From Lepidodermella squamata (taxonomy: Eukaryota > Animalia > Gastrotricha): a DNA stretch of 64,000 bases. The position numbers were made by a program, and so were the translations under genes. Of this stretch, positions 60,111 to 64,000 are shown one piece after another. The notes beneath the pieces were generated by a model. The model saw only the letters and a program-made list of their open reading frames with translations. It searched no databases and was not told the DNA's origin. Location of the stretch: the NCBI GenBank assembly GCA_047495785.1, contig JBLDXI010000009.1, positions 4,774,001 to 4,838,000 on the forward strand. The letters run 5' to 3'. Position 1 is the stretch's first letter. Each line of letters begins with the position of its first letter.

Positions 60111-61398
60111 TTGCGCTGTTGAAATTCATGATCCTTCAAGATTCTACGATTGGCTTTTGGTAAGTTTATAAGTAAGCTGCTCTCTCCTGGGCGATATAAT
60201 GCTATAAAATATTAATTTTATATATATGTTGTGTCACTGATGGGAAAATGATTTTTTGTTGACTTCTCCTACACGGGCTCTTGGCAGGTTACCACCGTGA
60301 CTTACTCGGCAGGGCGTGTACACCGGAGTGATTTATTTTCCTCAGCACGCCTGTTTGTTGTTTTCCCACTGTTTCTCCCTGTTTAATTTTTGACTAAGTT
60401 AATATCATAAGTGCTGTCAAATAAAGAGAATTTTCTTATATACCAAAAAAGTTGGCAATTCAAGTTGACTCTTTTAAATGCGCTCGCCTCGCTCTGTACT
60501 TATTTTAATCATTGTCGAAAACTTATCTGAATGGGTTGCTGAATCATCAAACGGGTGGGTACACATGGAGGTCGTAACTTTTCCCTCGGTTAGCGATTCA
60601 GAAAGGATTCAGAGACGTGATCTTAGTCCAGCTCAAACCCTCTCAAAGAAGAGACCAGACCCGCATGCTTCCAATAAATTATTAACGCATCTTTTCCTCC
60701 GTCATCTATAACTACTTTGAGCTAAATAATTATTGACCATTTCAGCTGCGTGGTGTATTTATAGGGAAACTTGAGTTTGAAACAATGAAATGATATACCT
60801 CTTCATTAAAAATAAGCTCAAACCGGCGCCAAGATAATCTTCCTGTCGGGGCCTTTGCTCTCCTACTAAATTTGCGCAGAGATTGAAACCTTCAGGGAGA
60901 AATTCAACTTAGCATCAGCTTAGACCTTATCAGCATCTGGCCTTGGAGACACGTCCGTTGAATAACATGAAAACTAAACTACTTCAACCTTCAACTCATG
61001 CGTTTAAATCATAAATGAGTGATCTCTACGTTTTAAATTAAGTGAGCTTAGATTTAGACTGAGCTGGCTGAGAACAAATGACACTTCGAACTCGAAATGT
61101 TCAAGCGTTGCTCAATCGTGGGTGGATCGTCGCGTCCAAGTGTGAAAGTCCAAGTTTCACCCACGTCAGGTGTAGCTAGAAATTTCAGGCAACATCCTGC
61201 AGGAATGTCATCATTGCGTCGCGAGCGTGGAGGTTTCCGATAGCCTACGCATACGAATCTTGACAATGCAACAGGAAAGTGTGAAATTTTATGCCTTATT
61301 GGAACCTCTAATTTTAACTACGCACCGCATTTAAGAGGGTCTTCAACAGCAGATACTTAACAGTGTACATTTGTAAAACAACTTGCCCGAGTATAATT

Positions 61399-61776
61399 AT
61401 GACTAATAGCCTTAGCAGTGCTGCAATCATTGTGCTTTTAATACTAATTACCGCTGATCTATCGAAAACGCATGACTTCTTGACACAGATGAAGCAAGTC
61501 TCGCGGAAGCAGTGCGCCAAACGTTTCGGGCTTGACTTCATACCATCAACCCGAATGGTGGAGGCTGCGATTGAGTCAAAATTTCTGGACCGGGTTACGA
61601 TAACAGCGCTTCGAATGGCTCGGCGATGTGCTAATCTTCCTCTCAAAAGACGGCTGAAGTTCTTGCGCCTTGCTGACAAATTGAGAATATCGCGAAACCG
61701 AACGCTGACAGTCGGAGAGAATGGCAAATCAGATTTCAAACTGCGATCGGACAATTCAACGCTGGGCGAAAATTAA
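61399..61776 (+). CDS. Small secreted basic protein, 2-Cys subfamily, member 7
   Basis: Signal peptide; SRKQCAKRFGLDFIPS ... MARRCANLPLKRRLKFL; AATAAA at ~61808. Confidence 0.87.
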   Translation: MTNSLSSAAIIVLLILITADLSKTHDFLTQMKQVSRKQCAKRFGLDFIPSTRMVEAAIESKFLDRVTITALRMARRCANLPLKRRLKFLRLADKLRISRNRTLTVGENGKSDFKLRSDNSTLGEN

Positions 61777-63010
61777 CTTTGTTGTGATGTCCTTTTCGTT
61801 ATATTCAAATAAAAAGGTTACCTCACTTTACGATTTGGTTTGAAGTTTATACTAAATTCATTTTTCGAGTATTTTGCCCTACTGGGCTGGAAAAGATGGA
61901 TTCGTAAGAAAAACCTAGACTTGCAGATGATCGAAGTTCTATCAAGCTGCAGCAGAAGTACCGTGGTAACCGTGGACATCTCAGTAGGCAAAGTCATGGT
62001 AAAAAACTAGAAAGCCACTTGGGGACCCTTTAGCCATAAAATTGGGTGAAAATACCATTTAATTCAGAGAGGGAAGTAGGGCAGCAGAACCGCTTAGGAT
62101 GAGGAGATTCGACGTGAGGGTCCCCCTTTGGTATTATTTGACTGAGGTCACTTTGCTGGCGGATTGAACTGGTAGGAATGATCCCTATCCTTACTACAGA
62201 TACAGCGCAAAACAGTTCTAGTTCGGGGATACCATCTTCGCCAAATTTTGCGTGTTGCTCTGATGGTCATAATGATGGCATCAATGGGATCCTTGGCAGC
62301 ACGCGATTCTATCAGTTGATTCATATAGTCTACAAAAAAACACATCCACCAACCCGACCAGCCCCACATTCGCGACCGACCCAGCAAAAAGTAGTTGGAC
62401 TTTGACACTGCATATCGAGACTAAGATGTCCGAGCATCGCGCACAGAGCTGCAGGTTTGTAAGAGAGCAACAAATTGAGAAATAGCGCACATCTTATTTT
62501 CAATTTTTGGGAATTATCTTAGTTTCCCAGTTAGCTATATTTCTATTTATCATATTATGAGTTGTGCAGTTCGTAACGGCTAAATGATTGTTTGCACTTT
62601 CAAGTTTGACGTTTGTCTGTTTGGTGAAACTGGACAACTTCACCGCTATTATACTTCGAATCAGGAAGCTAATCCAACTTTTTGCTTGTCACTCACTCAG
62701 CCATTTGCCATTTGATGAAAGTGGGCGTTAAGGCTTGTGCAACCATTGACCCAGAATAGTAACCCTCTTCGCTACTGAATGCAAAGAGCGTCTGCTCTCT
62801 AGAGCCTTCCTCCATGAGCAAATGACACAATTGTTGTAGCCGGAAGCACCATGTTGCTGCCTTGGGGAGTGTTTCGATGTTTTCGAGACTGGCGATCTTC
62901 CTGTGAATGAAACTGAACGCCTCTCGCATTACATAAAGTCTATTCTAAGCTTGTTATCGAGTTTACTCGAACGATCCACCCAGCCATTCAGAAATATTGT
63001 TGGGCTTTTC

Positions 63011-63343
63011 ATGGCTTGGCTATTAACAACAACTTTCTTGATCATCGTAGCTGTTCACATTCGCCATGTAACATGCAACGGCTATATTGACAAGTTGAAA
63101 CAAACATCTCGCCATCAGTGTGCAAAATATTTCGGATTAGACTTCGTACCAACTCGGCAATTCATCGAAAAGCTGTCTGAATCAGGCGTTGTTCAATCAA
63201 GCAAACATGTTGTCATCAGGGGACTGCAGCTAGCAAGGCAATGCGCCGCGCTACCACTCAAAAAACGGCTTCAATTTTTGCAGCTTGTAGGCAGTTCGAG
63301 CAAGGCGGATCGGCAAACTCTCCAGCTGAAAGCTGAGCGTTGA
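63011..63343 (+). CDS. Small secreted basic protein, 2-Cys subfamily, member 8
   Basis: MAWLLTTTFLIIVAV signal peptide; SRHQCAKYFGLDFVPT ... LARQCAALPLKKRLQFL; AATAAA at ~63449. Confidence 0.87.
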   Translation: MAWLLTTTFLIIVAVHIRHVTCNGYIDKLKQTSRHQCAKYFGLDFVPTRQFIEKLSESGVVQSSKHVVIRGLQLARQCAALPLKKRLQFLQLVGSSSKADRQTLQLKAER

Positions 63344-64000
63344 TCTATTATTACTTTACACTGAATGAAGAATCCTTGACCGATAATTCTTCGAAAATCA
63401 ATTGTTTCGCGATAAATCAATATTCAAAAGTGTCGTTTCATAACCTTAATAAATCAAAAATATTCCGCGTCTGTTGAGTTGCGAGAGTACTGTAATTCTC
63501 CAGCTGAAGATCTCATTAAATTTCAGCGCGGGGTACCTCTTCCACGAGAATTTCTTCCCGAGACCCGAGTTAAAATTTGATATGTGATATCTATCAATCT
63601 ATCGTGGCTCTTTTCTGCTTTCATTATTACAGATTACAGCTTGGAAATTTGGACCGCTAGCTCTCATGGGATGTGAAATCGCGGAGTTTAGACTTGATGA
63701 CGAATTTAATCATCTTTAAAGTCCCTTGACGGTTATTTATAGGCGCGCTGGTTTATTTTTTTCAAAACCAATCTATCATTATGAAAATTACCCTCTGCGC
63801 CATACCTTCAGGGATTCCATCAACGCATGCCAGATGTAAATTCTTGAACAATCCAAAAGGAATTTGCGCCAAGCTGATAAGTCCGAGAGTAACGTGACAC
63901 TAATGCACTGGGCTGTAATTGATATTAAATTTCTGTCTGCTTTGAAAATTTTTGCTTCATATTTATATAGCTCGTTTTGCATGGATTTTACAGTTTCCTA

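Noticed and set aside
51867-61754. Recurrent minus-strand ORFs resembling each other (RFFSGRAAH..)
   Set aside because: Antisense shadows of the conserved CAxLPLKKR block; no signal peptide or independent evidence.
37267-63343. Assignment of the small secreted family to saposin-like, insulin-like or defensin families
   Set aside because: Cys number and spacing (CxxC..C-x16-C or only two Cys) do not match the six-Cys patterns of those families.

Overview
Eukaryotic DNA from a compact invertebrate (metazoan) genome: GT-AG introns of about 50-65 bp, AATAAA signals, and many splice-acceptor-like tracts just before start codons. The species cannot be identified from this window. Almost every gene encodes a secreted or cell-surface protein, arranged in tandem arrays. 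(1) 0.2-25 kb, minus strand: 11 gene copies plus one 5' relic of a modular, probably GPI-anchored glycoprotein family built from a LamG/ConA-like domain, a Ser/Thr mucin stalk and an SEA-like domain. There are three architectures; some copies are pseudogenes; MITEs and a Ty3/Gypsy relic lie between them. (2) 26-34 kb: a type I membrane C-type lectin protein with a WSC domain nested inside its first lectin domain, a Thr-rich membrane protein and two orphan secreted proteins. (3) 34.3-37 kb: three very closely spaced AIG1/ADTRP (FAR-17a) paralogues in an operon-like arrangement. (4) 37-63.3 kb, plus strand: 12 intronless genes for small secreted, basic, helical proteins that form one unrecognised family, with a 4-Cys and a 2-Cys subfamily. 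The array is interrupted by a divergent cyclin gene and an internally duplicated EB-module Cys-rich gene. The strongest novelty candidates are the 12-member mini-protein family and the exon-shuffled GPI surface-protein array. Exon boundaries were inferred by eye from splice signals and paralogue comparison; no database search was run.
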